A stretch of DNA of 64,000 nucleotides from an uncultured Gastranaerophilales bacterium (GCA_964017965.1 CAXHNV010000004.1:119771-183770), one strand, 5' to 3'. Positions 36,768-47,544 are shown, numbered from the stretch's first letter. Notes: generated by a model from the sequence alone, not told the origin. Numbers and translations are program-made.

Positions 36768-37362
36768 ACTTTGCCAACTCTTGAGCAACAACTCTGTGAC
36801 CGGTCTCATCAAAATGTAACCCGTCTGTATCAGAGACAGTCACTTTATCGTTCAAATCAAGATAATAGCACCCCGTTCTCTCAGCAACACCCTTCCAAAT
36901 CTCAGGCAATAACCTGCTGTCTTTAACAGACTGTTCATCAAAGAAATAACTAAAATGACATTTTAAAACATTTTCGTTTATAAATGGCGGAGCCAGAACA
37001 ATAATCTTTGAATCAAAATTTGATTGGATAACCTTTATATATTCTTCAAACCCACTCACAAGCTCTTGTTTTGAAGGTTTATAGAACTTCTGTAAATCGT
37101 TAGAGCCAATAGCTGAAATAATGATGTCAAAATCATACTGTGCGTATTTTGTTATGAACCGTTTCCCGATAAACTTTTCGCCGTCTTGATGTTCGACAAA
37201 ACAGGCTCTGTTGTTACAGCCGGCTTCAAAGATTTTATATTCTTCGCCCAACAAATCAGCAAGCAAAGAAGTCCACCTTACACCACGCGGGTAACGCTCT
37301 CCGCACCCCGCTATATAGCCAAAAGTGTTACTGTCACCAAAACATAAAATGTTTTTAGCCAT
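36736..37362 (-). CDS. SGNH/GDSL hydrolase
   Basis: Block I FGDSNTFGY, block III GSNDL, and a C-terminal DGLHFDETGH (DxxH). Confidence 0.75.
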   Translation of the reverse strand: MAKNILCFGDSNTFGYIAGCGERYPRGVRWTSLLADLLGEEYKIFEAGCNNRACFVEHQDGEKFIGKRFITKYAQYDFDIIISAIGSNDLQKFYKPSKQELVSGFEEYIKVIQSNFDSKIIVLAPPFINENVLKCHFSYFFDEQSVKDSRLLPEIWKGVAERTGCYYLDLNDKVTVSDTDGLHFDETGHRVVAQELAKFIDCSFCAGQ

Positions 37363-37372
37363 AACTGTTAGA

Positions 37373-39853
37373 TTAGCCTTTCACAACGATATTAACAAGC
37401 TTTTTAGGGACAACGATTGTTTTCACAATCTCTTTACCCGCTGTTAATTCTTTAATCTTAGGACTATTTAAAGCAACTTCTTTAAGTTCGTCATTGCCTA
37501 AGCTTTCATCAACAGATATTTTGTCCTTAACTTTACCGTTAACCTGAACAACAAGTGTAATAGAACTTGCTTTCGCTAAGTTTTCATCCCATTCACACCA
37601 AGGTTCGTCGTGGATTGACGTTGTTGCACCGAGCTCATGCCAGATTTCATCAGACATAAACACAGTTACAGGTGACATCAATTTTACTAATGAAAGAACT
37701 GCAAAACTAAATACGTTTTTATCTTCATCTGAGAAGTCTTTCTTTTTACCTACCCATTCATAGATAGCATTAGTAAGTTCTCTATATCTTGAGATAACCG
37801 TATTAAATTGAAAATCGTTAGCAATGTCGTTTGAAATAGCTTTGATAGCCATGTGAACAACACGAACTAAATCATCGTTTTCCTTAGCTAAGTTTGCAGG
37901 AATATTGTAGTTTAGAACGATTTTATCCTGATTAGTAGACACAAGTCTCCAAACACGGTTCAAGAATTTATAACAACCTTCAACCCCTGCATCAGACCAA
38001 TCGAAATCACGAGCCGGAGGACTGTCTGAAAGAATAAATAATCTTGCTGTATCAGCCCCATAGTTTTCAAATATTTCATCAGGGTCAACCGTATTACCCT
38101 TAGATTTAGACATCTTAGCCCCGTCTTTCAAAACCATACCCTGAGTAAGCAAGTTTTTGAAAGGTTCATCAAAATCTAACAATCCTAAATCTCTCAAAGC
38201 CTTAGTAAAGAACCTTGAATACAATAAGTGAAGAATAGCGTGCTCGATACCACCAACATACTGGTCGACAGGTAACCACTTATTCACAAGGTCTCTGTCA
38301 AAACATTTTTCAGAGTTTCTTGCATCAGCATATCTCAAATAATACCAGCTTGAGCAAACAAATGTATCCATTGTATCCATTTCTCTGACAGCGTGTCCGC
38401 CACAAACAGGACAAACTGTATCCTTGAAAGTAGGAGATGTCGTAATCGGAGATTTACCAACCACAGAGAAATCAACATCTTTCGGTAACCTAACAGGTAA
38501 CTGCTCTTCCGGTACAGGTTGAATACCACACTTATCACAATATACAACCGGAATAGGTGCACCCCAGTATCTTTGACGTGAAATCAACCAGTCTCTTAAT
38601 CTATACTGAGTCTTAAACTCACCAAATCCGCCGTCAACTGCTTTTTGAGTAATAGCCTTTTTAGCCTCAGTATTTTTCATACCGTCAAACTCGTTAGAGT
38701 TAACAAGAACACCTTCTTCTGTATAAGCTTCTTCAGAACAATCAGAAGGGTTTTCAGGATTAGTAATAACAACTTTCATAGGAAGATTAAATTTCTTCGC
38801 AAATGCATAGTCTCTTGTATCGTGGGTAGGAACTGCCATAACAGCACCTGTACCGTATTCAACAAGAGCATAATCCGCTGTCCATAACGGGAATTCTTCT
38901 CCGGTAAACGGATTGATACAGTGAGTTCCCAAAGGAACACCTGTTTTGTCTCTATCCGTAGAAAGTCTCTCTATTTCAGACATCTTTCTTGCATTAGCTC
39001 TATACTCTTCAACAGCTGCTTTGTTTTCAGGGGTTGTAAGTTTTTCGATATCTTTGTATTCAGGTGCGACAACAAGGTAAGTTATACCGTGAACAGTATC
39101 AGGTCTTGTTGTATAAACCGGAACCTCCAAACCTTCGATTTCTTTAACTTTGAATCTGAAAATAGCACCCGTAGATTTACCAATCCAGTTAGCCTGCATA
39201 GTTTTAACGTTATCGCCCCAACCTTCAAGCAAGTCTAAGTCTTTTAATAATTTGTCAGCATATTCTGTAATCTTAAAGAACCATTGAGACAAGTATTTTT
39301 TCTCAACAACGCTGTCACATCTCCAGCACTTGCCGTCAATAACCTGTTCGTTAGCAAGAACCGTACCGCATTTTTCACACCAGTTAACAGCAGCTTCCTT
39401 TTTATAAGCCAACCCTTTTTTATAAAGTTGTAAGAACAACCATTGTGTCCATTTATAATAATCTTCTTTACAGGTAGTAACTTCTCTATCCCAATCGTAA
39501 GAGATACCGAGACGCTTAAGTTGACCTGTCATATACGCAATATTTTCATCAGTCCAAACAGCAGGGTCCGCACCATGCTGCATAGCAGCATTTTCAGCAG
39601 GTAATCCGAAACTGTCCCAGCCAATCGGATGTAAAACATTAAATCCGTTCATTTTTTTGTATCTTGCAATAACATCAGTAATCGTATAGTTTCTTACATG
39701 ACCCATGTGCAATTTACCTGACGGATACGGGAACATAGACAGCGCAAAGTATTTTGGTTTATCACTGTCATCATAAGTCTTAAAAGTATTGTTATCTTCG
39801 TAATACTTTTGCCATCTCTTTTCTAATTCCTGTGGAAAATAAGCGTCTTTCAT
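37373..39853 (-). CDS. leuS: Leucine--tRNA ligase
   Basis: HMGHVRNY (HIGH), KMSKSKGN (KMSKS), CP1 editing domain, 826 aa. Confidence 0.97.
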   Translation of the reverse strand: MKDAYFPQELEKRWQKYYEDNNTFKTYDDSDKPKYFALSMFPYPSGKLHMGHVRNYTITDVIARYKKMNGFNVLHPIGWDSFGLPAENAAMQHGADPAVWTDENIAYMTGQLKRLGISYDWDREVTTCKEDYYKWTQWLFLQLYKKGLAYKKEAAVNWCEKCGTVLANEQVIDGKCWRCDSVVEKKYLSQWFFKITEYADKLLKDLDLLEGWGDNVKTMQANWIGKSTGAIFRFKVKEIEGLEVPVYTTRPDTVHGITYLVVAPEYKDIEKLTTPENKAAVEEYRANARKMSEIERLSTDRDKTGVPLGTHCINPFTGEEFPLWTADYALVEYGTGAVMAVPTHDTRDYAFAKKFNLPMKVVITNPENPSDCSEEAYTEEGVLVNSNEFDGMKNTEAKKAITQKAVDGGFGEFKTQYRLRDWLISRQRYWGAPIPVVYCDKCGIQPVPEEQLPVRLPKDVDFSVVGKSPITTSPTFKDTVCPVCGGHAVREMDTMDTFVCSSWYYLRYADARNSEKCFDRDLVNKWLPVDQYVGGIEHAILHLLYSRFFTKALRDLGLLDFDEPFKNLLTQGMVLKDGAKMSKSKGNTVDPDEIFENYGADTARLFILSDSPPARDFDWSDAGVEGCYKFLNRVWRLVSTNQDKIVLNYNIPANLAKENDDLVRVVHMAIKAISNDIANDFQFNTVISRYRELTNAIYEWVGKKKDFSDEDKNVFSFAVLSLVKLMSPVTVFMSDEIWHELGATTSIHDEPWCEWDENLAKASSITLVVQVNGKVKDKISVDESLGNDELKEVALNSPKIKELTAGKEIVKTIVVPKKLVNIVVKG

Positions 39854-40041
39854 GTCTCCCCCAATCTTATAAACTTTTTTATATTATACTACAAAAAATC
39901 GTTAAAAAACCTGAATTTCAACATGCTGTATCAATATTAAGTTTTGTAAAAATCTCTTAAAATATCGAGATTACAGTAGCAAATAATAAAAATTTCAGGT
40001 GTTTATATATATGTGTGTGATAGAAAAATGGAGTTCGTGTT

Positions 40042-40716
40042 ATGTTAGGAATTCATAATCAGCCGAATGTAGTGACCCCGAGTATAAGTTTCAGAGGGGA
40101 AGTTTCCGATATTAAACGAAAAATTGAGGATGAAGGTCAAGAAAAAATCGACCAGTTTGAGAAAGATCAGGCTGATTGGAACGAATTCGCTGACAATCTC
40201 GAAAAGTCAGATAATAAAGTTGCAAAAAAAGCAAGTAAACTCGTTAGAGTAGGTGCTTCTCTTCTTGGTATTGCAGCAACCTTTGTAGGTGCAAAGGTCA
40301 GTTCTAAAGTAGTTATCGAAACCGTAAAAACATTAGATAAAGGCGGTACAGCTAAAACAATTATTGATGGTGCTAAAAAGATGCAAGAACCTTTAGCAAG
40401 AGTTTGGACTACAGTAGTTGAAGGCGCTAAAAAAGTTGCTGAAAATCCTTCTGTAAAAGAAGTTATTACCAAAGCAAAAGATTCAAGAGTAGGTAAAGCA
40501 GTAGTAGGCGCACTTGAAAACGAAAAAGTTGCTAAAGTTTTAGAACCTCTTAAAAAGACAGTTGAATCAGTAAAAGATATCAAAGTAGACGGTAAAAAAG
40601 TTCAAAGCGTAATCGAAAATACAATGGCAGGTGTTACAACAGGTTCAGTTATTGTAGATGATTTAGCCGGTAGAAATAACAATAAATCAAACGCAGAATT
40701 AGCAGTCGGTGTGTAG
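40042..40716 (+). CDS. Hypothetical Lys/Val/Ala-rich protein with one central TM segment
   Basis: GGAG RBS. VGASLLGIAATFVGAKV hydrophobic span. Amphipathic K/A/V repeats. The antisense ORF 40167..40583 is judged spurious. Confidence 0.35.
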   Translation: MLGIHNQPNVVTPSISFRGEVSDIKRKIEDEGQEKIDQFEKDQADWNEFADNLEKSDNKVAKKASKLVRVGASLLGIAATFVGAKVSSKVVIETVKTLDKGGTAKTIIDGAKKMQEPLARVWTTVVEGAKKVAENPSVKEVITKAKDSRVGKAVVGALENEKVAKVLEPLKKTVESVKDIKVDGKKVQSVIENTMAGVTTGSVIVDDLAGRNNNKSNAELAVGV

Positions 40717-40727
40717 GAGAATAAAAA

Positions 40728-41126
40728 ATGGACGCTTCTTATAATTATACATATAATAGCAATGTAAGCTACTCAGGTCAGAGATATCAACAAGCTAAAC
40801 AAACAATTAGCGATAATTCTACACAGATAGCTGTTGAAGGTGGTGTCGGAGCTGCAACATTCGGAGCTATCAGAAACTCAAGCAAAATAGGTAAGAGCGT
40901 TTCTCAAGCAGTTAAGACTTCAAAACTAATTAAAGTAGATAAACAAGCTAAATTATTAAAGATTTTAGAAGGATGTGAGCCGTTAGCAAGATTCGCTAAG
41001 ATTCCTGTCGTAAAAAAAGCCGCAGGCGTATTGGGCGGAGTATTCGCAGCAACATCACTCGTTGGTGCTACAGCTAAAATAGCTGATACTTGTAATTATC
41101 TCCAAAACTCAAACCCGCAAGCTTAA
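40728..41126 (+). CDS. Hypothetical protein (132 aa)
   Basis: AGGAG RBS, 11 nt after the previous stop. Two Gly/Ala-rich hydrophobic segments. No family recognised. Confidence 0.35.
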   Translation: MDASYNYTYNSNVSYSGQRYQQAKQTISDNSTQIAVEGGVGAATFGAIRNSSKIGKSVSQAVKTSKLIKVDKQAKLLKILEGCEPLARFAKIPVVKKAAGVLGGVFAATSLVGATAKIADTCNYLQNSNPQA

Positions 41127-41129
41127 GAA

Positions 41130-43031
41130 TTATAATTCAGCGTCCGTATTCAATATAGCGATAAATTCGCTTGCTATTTTGGCGTTCCATTTTTTATCAA
41201 TCTCGTTTTTGATAACTTCAAGCGCTTCTTCTTTCGTCATAGCCTGACGATATGGTCTTTGTTCTATAAGCGCAAAATAAGCATCTATAATCAACACTAT
41301 CTGAGAACACAATGGAATATTTTGACCTGAAGTATTATGCGGATAACCTGTTCCGTCCCAGTTTTCATGGTGATGTTCGATAATAGGAATAATATCGTGC
41401 ACCGCTGAAATCGGCTCCAAAATCTCTCTTGCAGCTATAACAGGATGTCGTTTAATAATATCCTTTTCTTCGTCCGTTAAAGGTGTACGTTTTTGTAATA
41501 AATCTTTCGGAAGCATTGTATTACCGATATCGTATAACAATATAGCAACCTTTAGATTATCAATATCCTCTTTTGACAATTCAAAACGTTTTGCAAGTAA
41601 ATTAGCTATCATAATCTTGTTCTTAGCTGAACCGTCTTTGTGGTTAGGGTTGTAAGTCGCAGACAACATATCCGATAACGTAAACAAGGTTTCTTTATCT
41701 TTATTAGGTGATTCGTCTTTCAATAAAGACTTCATCTCAAAGAGTTTGTCGTTATCAAACGGAATGTTTTTGTTTTTCAAAATTTCTTTCAATGACTTAA
41801 TAGCAACATCCTGCCAAGAATCAATAGTTTTAGGATTAGCGAGTGTAACTCTGTTTCTGCCGTTTTTCTTCGAAGTATACATCGCAAAATCGGTTAATTC
41901 CATAAGCTCTGTCAAGTTATCAGAATGCTCACCAAAAGTCGCAACCCCGATACTTGCAGTCACATTACCTATAACCTCTATTTGCACCTCTTCAATAGCT
42001 TTTCGGATTCTCTCAGCAGCTATCATACCGCCCTGATGATCAACACCCGGTAAAAGTATATTAAACTCTTCTCCGCCCATTCTCGCAGCTATATCGATAG
42101 AACGTGCGTTGGTCTTAATAACATCTGCAACCGTCTTAATCGCAATATCACCGCAAGAGTGACCGAATTTGTCGTTTATCTGTTTCAAATGGTCTAAATC
42201 AAGCCCGATAATAGTAAACTTCTGACCCTGACGAGCAGATCTTAACATCTCTTTTTGAGCTTCTTCTTCAAAATATCTTCTGTTATTCAAACCAGTCAAA
42301 CTATCCGTAATAGCTTGTTCTTTAACAGTTTGGAACAAGTTCGCAATAGTAATCGCAAGCTCAATCTGTTTTGCAAACAGTTCTAAAAACGTTATTTCTG
42401 CTTCCTGCGCATCAGCTCTTGATGACAACACAACAAGAGAGCCAAAATGAGTACCGTTACTTTTTAGAGGAATAAGAATATATGATGAAATATTAGCATC
42501 CTGACAAATTTCCTGTACAGCTTCTTTGCCAACATCACGCAAAGTCGATTCTATTACGGAACGAACTTCTTTACTCTGATATATCTTATTACTTTCAATG
42601 TGTTCTTCTACATCCTGTAAACAACTCCAATACAATCTTAAATCGTATATAGATTTACCGGAATGTTTCAGAATATCCTCTGCAAACTGACACTTTGAAT
42701 CAGCCAGCAACTCCAAATATGTACCGTCGTTATCAACTTTTTTCTGCAAAATACAGCTATATAAATAACCGAGTTCACCCTGCAAACTATTTACAATGGA
42801 ATACAAAACATTAGATAACGGCTGGGAAGAGTTCATCATTTCCCAAATATGCTGTACCGTAACAAGTCTCTGATTGGCAAGTTGTAATTCTTCCGTACGT
42901 TCTTTAATTTCTGCTTCTAACTGAATATTTTTTTCATATACTTCGTAAAAATCCTTACGCGTAGCATAAATAGAGTTTTCAACATCATTAAGTTTATTTT
43001 TATATTCGCTAATCTTGTCCCAGAAACCCAT
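41130..43031 (-). CDS. Diguanylate cyclase (coiled coil-GAF-GGDEF) fused to a degenerate HD-GYP domain
   Basis: RSIDIAARMGGEEF (I-site RxxD plus GGEEF). The C-terminus has HHENWDGTGYP, but the HD dyad position reads LLYDIGN. Confidence 0.8.
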   Translation of the reverse strand: MGFWDKISEYKNKLNDVENSIYATRKDFYEVYEKNIQLEAEIKERTEELQLANQRLVTVQHIWEMMNSSQPLSNVLYSIVNSLQGELGYLYSCILQKKVDNDGTYLELLADSKCQFAEDILKHSGKSIYDLRLYWSCLQDVEEHIESNKIYQSKEVRSVIESTLRDVGKEAVQEICQDANISSYILIPLKSNGTHFGSLVVLSSRADAQEAEITFLELFAKQIELAITIANLFQTVKEQAITDSLTGLNNRRYFEEEAQKEMLRSARQGQKFTIIGLDLDHLKQINDKFGHSCGDIAIKTVADVIKTNARSIDIAARMGGEEFNILLPGVDHQGGMIAAERIRKAIEEVQIEVIGNVTASIGVATFGEHSDNLTELMELTDFAMYTSKKNGRNRVTLANPKTIDSWQDVAIKSLKEILKNKNIPFDNDKLFEMKSLLKDESPNKDKETLFTLSDMLSATYNPNHKDGSAKNKIMIANLLAKRFELSKEDIDNLKVAILLYDIGNTMLPKDLLQKRTPLTDEEKDIIKRHPVIAAREILEPISAVHDIIPIIEHHHENWDGTGYPHNTSGQNIPLCSQIVLIIDAYFALIEQRPYRQAMTKEEALEVIKNEIDKKWNAKIASEFIAILNTDAEL

Positions 43032-43042
43032 AATATCCTCGT

Positions 43043-43480
43043 TTAAATATTTTTCAAGTAATCAATAAGCCCTAGAAGAGCATATTTATATGAATTTTCT
43101 TTAAAACCAACCACCTGAGCAACGCAAACACCGGATAATAACGAAGTATGTCTGAATTCCTCACGTGCGTGAATATTAGTCATGTGAACCTCAACGGTAG
43201 GAATTGAAACTGCAGAAATAGCATCGCGCAACGCAACACTTGTATGAGTATAACCGCCGGCATTTATAATAATCCCGTCAAAACAACCTTTTGCACCCTG
43301 AATCTTATCAATCAGCTCACCTTCGTGGTTTGATTGATAACAGCTCAATTCAGCTCCTGATTGCATTGCCAGCTCACACATTGAGTTCTCAACATCTTTC
43401 AATGTTAAATTACCGTATTTTTCAGGTTCTCGTGTGCCCAACATATTAAGATTAGGGCCGTTTACTAACAATATCTTCAT
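43043..43480 (-). CDS. aroQ: Type II 3-dehydroquinate dehydratase
   Basis: MKILLVNGPNLNMLGTREPEKYG, HEGELID and NAGGYTHTSVALRDA. The start at 43480 fits the family better than the track start at 43525. Confidence 0.9.
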   Translation of the reverse strand: MKILLVNGPNLNMLGTREPEKYGNLTLKDVENSMCELAMQSGAELSCYQSNHEGELIDKIQGAKGCFDGIIINAGGYTHTSVALRDAISAVSIPTVEVHMTNIHAREEFRHTSLLSGVCVAQVVGFKENSYKYALLGLIDYLKNI

Positions 43481-43530
43481 AACATTCACAAGTACAAGGA
43501 TATACTCATTTGAAGAGATTGTCAAATTAT

Positions 43531-45732
43531 TTAATCACGATAACCGTTAGACATATATTTATCTAAATCAGCAATTGTTTGAGCAGATTTATTCAACATA
43601 TCTTGTGCAACCTGATAGTTTTTAGGTTGGTTAGGGTCTTCCAATGGGTTCATATAAGGCAATGGAGCATTTACATCAACTTTTGGAACATAACTTCTCG
43701 GAACAGTATCATTTACACTAACGTTTGGATCAGGTTGACCCGGTTGTTGTGGAGCCTGTGGATTGTTACCATTTGACTGCTGTTGCGGGAACGTAGGAGG
43801 CATAAACGGTTCACCGCTAACCATTGTTGCAGGAGCTGCATTAAATGGTTGGTTTACAGGTGCTTGTTGCGGAGCATCAGGTTGAACACCTAACAACTTT
43901 TGTTTAATCAAATTGTTGTTTGATAAGCTGTTTACATCCACAGCGTCTAAACCTTGAACTGCAGCAGGATTAGGTAAGAATCTTGGTCCCGGATACAATT
44001 GAGCCAAACGTTCAGCTTCTTTTGCCTGTTCTTCTTTCACTTTGTCAGGATCATAAGCTTCACCAAATATAGCTTTTGTACCCCAAGATATAACTTTATC
44101 AACAACAGGTGCAAATACTGCCATATATAATGCAAATCTAAGTGGATAACCTAATAAATTTCTTCCCAAATTAGGCATCATTCTCTTAAGGTTACCCATA
44201 CGAGTAGCCCATTTAGCAGAACCTTTCAATGCTTCTGTGCTTTCTTTGTATGGATTGAACTGTTCAAGACCAACGCTTAATGCTTTACCAAAACCGCCAA
44301 AGAACTTAGTCAACTTACTTTGAGGACCTGCAACATTTTTCAATGCTTCAATTCTGTTCTTTTCAGCAGTCCATTCTGCTAAAGAAGAGAAGCCGCAGTT
44401 TTTAGCTTTAAGATTGAAGGCTTTTAATTCTTCCTTAAATAATTTATATTGGTCTTTTGACAGTCCTGTATTTTTCAAACCGTTAACTGCGTGCATACCA
44501 AATAGTGCTAAAGGCATTGAAACAACCCATGATAGAGCATCTGTAATACCTTCTGCTAATGTGCCTACTTTTTTGTCTTTTGGAGCATCAAAAGCATTTT
44601 TAATAGAGATTCCAAGAGGGAGCGCTACCATACCGGCATTTATTACACCGCCACCAAATGTTAATCCTCTTACAGTAAGTTTTGCCATTTTAGGTAAGAA
44701 CTTACCGAGTTTGGTAGTTGGAATGTGCATTGCCTTTAATTTATTGATATGTCTTGATAACTTAGGAGCAACAGATGAACCGCGCTCTAAAGCTGTTTCA
44801 ACAGTAGCTGCGTGAGCTGTCGGATTAGCTTTTACAGCCTCTAAAACACCGCCGCTTAAACCTAATTTATCCAGTTTTACTTGTCGTAATTTATTACCTC
44901 TATAATTTTCAGCTTGAGTATACAAGTTTTGTAATCTTTGGACTGCTTTAGGATAAGAAGGACTTGCAGGGTCCATAGCCATTACTCTTTGTTCATAGGC
45001 TTGAATAATTTGAGGGATTCTTTGTTCTTTTGCTAAAACTCGTCTTACAACGCTATCGCCACCCAGTTTTTGTAATTGGAATTCTTGGATAGCAGCCTTT
45101 TCATTTTTTATCTTACCAAAGATATTTGTTCCGTATTTTTGTTTTAATGCTTCTATCTCAGCCTTAGTAGCACCTGATTCTTTTAATGATTTAGGTGTTT
45201 TATCAACAAATTTTTCTAATTGAGTAGTTGCTTCTTTTATATCACATTCGTTTTGTGACTCCATAAAAGTCGTAACAAAAGGACATTCAGGTTTTGTAGG
45301 TGTTTTTTGCATAGCGCTAAGCATAGGGTGTCTATCGATATATGCTTGAGCTTTTACCTTGAATGAATCCCATGTAGTACCGATTTTGCGGGTAGCACTA
45401 TTGTTAAGAACGCTTGTGCCTGCCAAATAGTCGCCAAATCTACCTAAACGACCCATTATACTTTTTTCATAAGCTCCGCCGCATCCTTTATTAAATAAAT
45501 CTGTTCCCTTATTCAAACCATACCACGTAGGAATGATAAATGCAGCTGTACGTAATGGACTGTCTTCTTTTACCGGTTGAGTTTGATATGTATCAGCAGC
45601 AGGAGTATTGTCAACAGCGTTTGGATTTCCTTTGAAAGAAACCTTTGATGTGCTGACATTATCCTTGTGTGGAGTAATATTCGCTTGTGAAGTTACTGTA
45701 TTTCTGATGTCTTCAAGCATAGATATTCCCAA
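43531..45732 (-). CDS. Large hypothetical protein (733 aa) with Pro/Gln-rich C-terminus
   Basis: No signal peptide. N-terminal KVSFKGNPNAVDNTP, internal hydrophobic segments, and a C-terminal PQQAPVNQP...QAPQQPGQP tract. Upstream is TTGTAAACATTTTGTAAT (TGTAA boxes, 11-bp period). Confidence 0.45.
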   Translation of the reverse strand: MGISMLEDIRNTVTSQANITPHKDNVSTSKVSFKGNPNAVDNTPAADTYQTQPVKEDSPLRTAAFIIPTWYGLNKGTDLFNKGCGGAYEKSIMGRLGRFGDYLAGTSVLNNSATRKIGTTWDSFKVKAQAYIDRHPMLSAMQKTPTKPECPFVTTFMESQNECDIKEATTQLEKFVDKTPKSLKESGATKAEIEALKQKYGTNIFGKIKNEKAAIQEFQLQKLGGDSVVRRVLAKEQRIPQIIQAYEQRVMAMDPASPSYPKAVQRLQNLYTQAENYRGNKLRQVKLDKLGLSGGVLEAVKANPTAHAATVETALERGSSVAPKLSRHINKLKAMHIPTTKLGKFLPKMAKLTVRGLTFGGGVINAGMVALPLGISIKNAFDAPKDKKVGTLAEGITDALSWVVSMPLALFGMHAVNGLKNTGLSKDQYKLFKEELKAFNLKAKNCGFSSLAEWTAEKNRIEALKNVAGPQSKLTKFFGGFGKALSVGLEQFNPYKESTEALKGSAKWATRMGNLKRMMPNLGRNLLGYPLRFALYMAVFAPVVDKVISWGTKAIFGEAYDPDKVKEEQAKEAERLAQLYPGPRFLPNPAAVQGLDAVDVNSLSNNNLIKQKLLGVQPDAPQQAPVNQPFNAAPATMVSGEPFMPPTFPQQQSNGNNPQAPQQPGQPDPNVSVNDTVPRSYVPKVDVNAPLPYMNPLEDPNQPKNYQVAQDMLNKSAQTIADLDKYMSNGYRD

Positions 45733-45820
45733 TCAAACTTAATTCTCTATTGATATAAAGTAAGTTTTTTCAAGAAAATTGCTATTTTTAGCCCTATATT
45801 ACAAAATGTTTACAATAAAT

Positions 45821-46390
45821 TTATAATAAATCCAGACAGGCTTTGATATTTTTATGAAATTCTTCTTTTGTTGAGTTGTTTTCAACAACATAATCGGCTT
45901 TTTCTATTTTTTCTTCCTGCGGAAGCTGTGAATCTATACGCTTCTGTGCATATTCTTTTGTATAACCGTTTCGCTCTATTAGTCTTTGCAGTCTGATATC
46001 TTCATCCGATTTAATAAAAATAACCTTGTCAAAAAACTGTTCCCAACCTGCTTCATACAAAAGAGGAACAGATACAAAAATGTAATCTTCATCTTTAAAT
46101 GTCTCAAAGAGTTTCTCAATATTCTCTAAAATCAAGGGATGAACAATCTCTTCCAATTTAGCTTTTAATTCTTCGTTATTAAAAACGAGTTTGCCAAGTT
46201 TTTCACGTGATAATTTACCGTGTTCAAAAACATCATAAGATTCAAAAGCCTCAGAAACCTCAGGATTATCTAGCAATATATCATGTGCCATTACATCGGT
46301 ATCAAAAACAACATAATCGTTATTAAAAAGATACTTCTCAAATTCGGATTTACCGGATGCAATATTACCGACAATAGCAACCTTAATCAT
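45821..46390 (-). CDS. coaE: Dephospho-CoA kinase
   Basis: P-loop GNIASGKS and PLLYEAG, 189 aa. Confidence 0.9.
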   Translation of the reverse strand: MIKVAIVGNIASGKSEFEKYLFNNDYVVFDTDVMAHDILLDNPEVSEAFESYDVFEHGKLSREKLGKLVFNNEELKAKLEEIVHPLILENIEKLFETFKDEDYIFVSVPLLYEAGWEQFFDKVIFIKSDEDIRLQRLIERNGYTKEYAQKRIDSQLPQEEKIEKADYVVENNSTKEEFHKNIKACLDLL

Positions 46391-47117
46391 TGTTCATTTT
46401 CTCCAATTTAGCTATATATTTACGTAAATCTTTCAACTGAGACGCCTTAATCATCCTGACCTGACCTCGTTTTAATCCTTCAATCGCAATAGTAGCGTGT
46501 TGAATCCGTTTCAAAGAAACAACAGGATGACCTAAATAATCAAACATCTTTCTAATCTGTCTGTTTAACCCCTGAGTAAGTACAACCTGAAGCATAGTTT
46601 CGTTTTTATCAAAATCAAGCACCATTGCTTCTGCATAAGCTATTTTGCCTTTTTCTATTTCAATCCCTTTTGCTAACGTTTCCAAATCGTTAACAGTAAT
46701 CTTACCTTCAACGCTAACCGTATAAACCTTAATAACCTTAACAGAAGGGTGCGTAAGCTGATTGATGAGTTCACCGTCATTTGTCAATATCAAAAGCCCC
46801 GTAGAGTCTTTATCAAGTCTTCCCACCGGTTTTAAATGGTGTAATTCCTTAGGCAAAATATCATAGATAGTCTTTCTGCCTTTTTCATCATCAGAAGTTG
46901 TAATATAGCCTGCAGGCTTATAGAACTTGTAATACTCGTGTCTTTGAGGTTTGATAAGCTGTTTATCAATAACAACCTTGTCTTTTGGACCAACCTGGAA
47001 CCCGAGTTCTTTAACAATTTTTCCGTTTACAAGAACCTTTCCCGCTTCAATCAATTCATCGGCTTTTCTTCTTGAACAAAGTCCTGATGACGCTATAAAT
47101 TTGTTTAAGCGTTGCAT
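46383..47117 (-). CDS. Pseudouridine synthase, RsuA/RluB family
   Basis: S4 domain (RLNKFIASSGLCSRRKADELI) and the catalytic GRLDKDSTGLLILTNDG. Confidence 0.9.
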   Translation of the reverse strand: MQRLNKFIASSGLCSRRKADELIEAGKVLVNGKIVKELGFQVGPKDKVVIDKQLIKPQRHEYYKFYKPAGYITTSDDEKGRKTIYDILPKELHHLKPVGRLDKDSTGLLILTNDGELINQLTHPSVKVIKVYTVSVEGKITVNDLETLAKGIEIEKGKIAYAEAMVLDFDKNETMLQVVLTQGLNRQIRKMFDYLGHPVVSLKRIQHATIAIEGLKRGQVRMIKASQLKDLRKYIAKLEKMNND

Positions 47118-47521
47118 ACAATAGCCTCATTAAAAGACTTTGTAAGTACTTCCGGCAATCTTCTGTATAGCTTACCTGCATTACTTATAGCAACAATAAC
47201 AATCTCACCGACAATAAACAGCTTGCCTGTATTCTTATCAGATATAGTCTGTGTAAAAGTAATCGCAAGCGGAGTTATCTTAGTAACCTTTGTTGAAATA
47301 ACTATCTCATCATCCAATCTGGCTGAAGCCTTATACTTAACATTGATAGTCGCAACTGGAAGCGCAATATCATTCTTTGTAAGCTCAGAAAGGTTCAAAC
47401 CGAGTTGTTCACAAAACAACACTCTGCCCTTTTCAAGCCATCGTAAATATGTACCATGCCAGACAACGCCATAAGCGTCCGTATCTGCGTAATAAACTTT
47501 TTCTTCAAATATATGTTCCAT
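47105..47521 (-). CDS. Acyl-CoA thioesterase, YbgC/4HBT family
   Basis: VYYADTDAYGVVWHGTYLRWLE, the hot-dog fold signature. Confidence 0.75.
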   Translation of the reverse strand: MEHIFEEKVYYADTDAYGVVWHGTYLRWLEKGRVLFCEQLGLNLSELTKNDIALPVATINVKYKASARLDDEIVISTKVTKITPLAITFTQTISDKNTGKLFIVGEIVIVAISNAGKLYRRLPEVLTKSFNEAIVCNA

Positions 47522-47544
47522 AATACCCTTATTTTAACATAAAC

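Noticed and set aside
40167-40583. Long antisense ORFs inside real genes. Examples: 40167..40583, 44414..44815, 16790..17170, 47112..47474, 55577..56002, 29680..30012, 38921..39238, and the other short listed ORFs overlapping pheT, dnaB, leuS and others.
   Set aside because: Each lies wholly inside a longer ORF on the other strand that has clear family motifs or an RBS. Their compositions are low-complexity mirror images of the sense codons.
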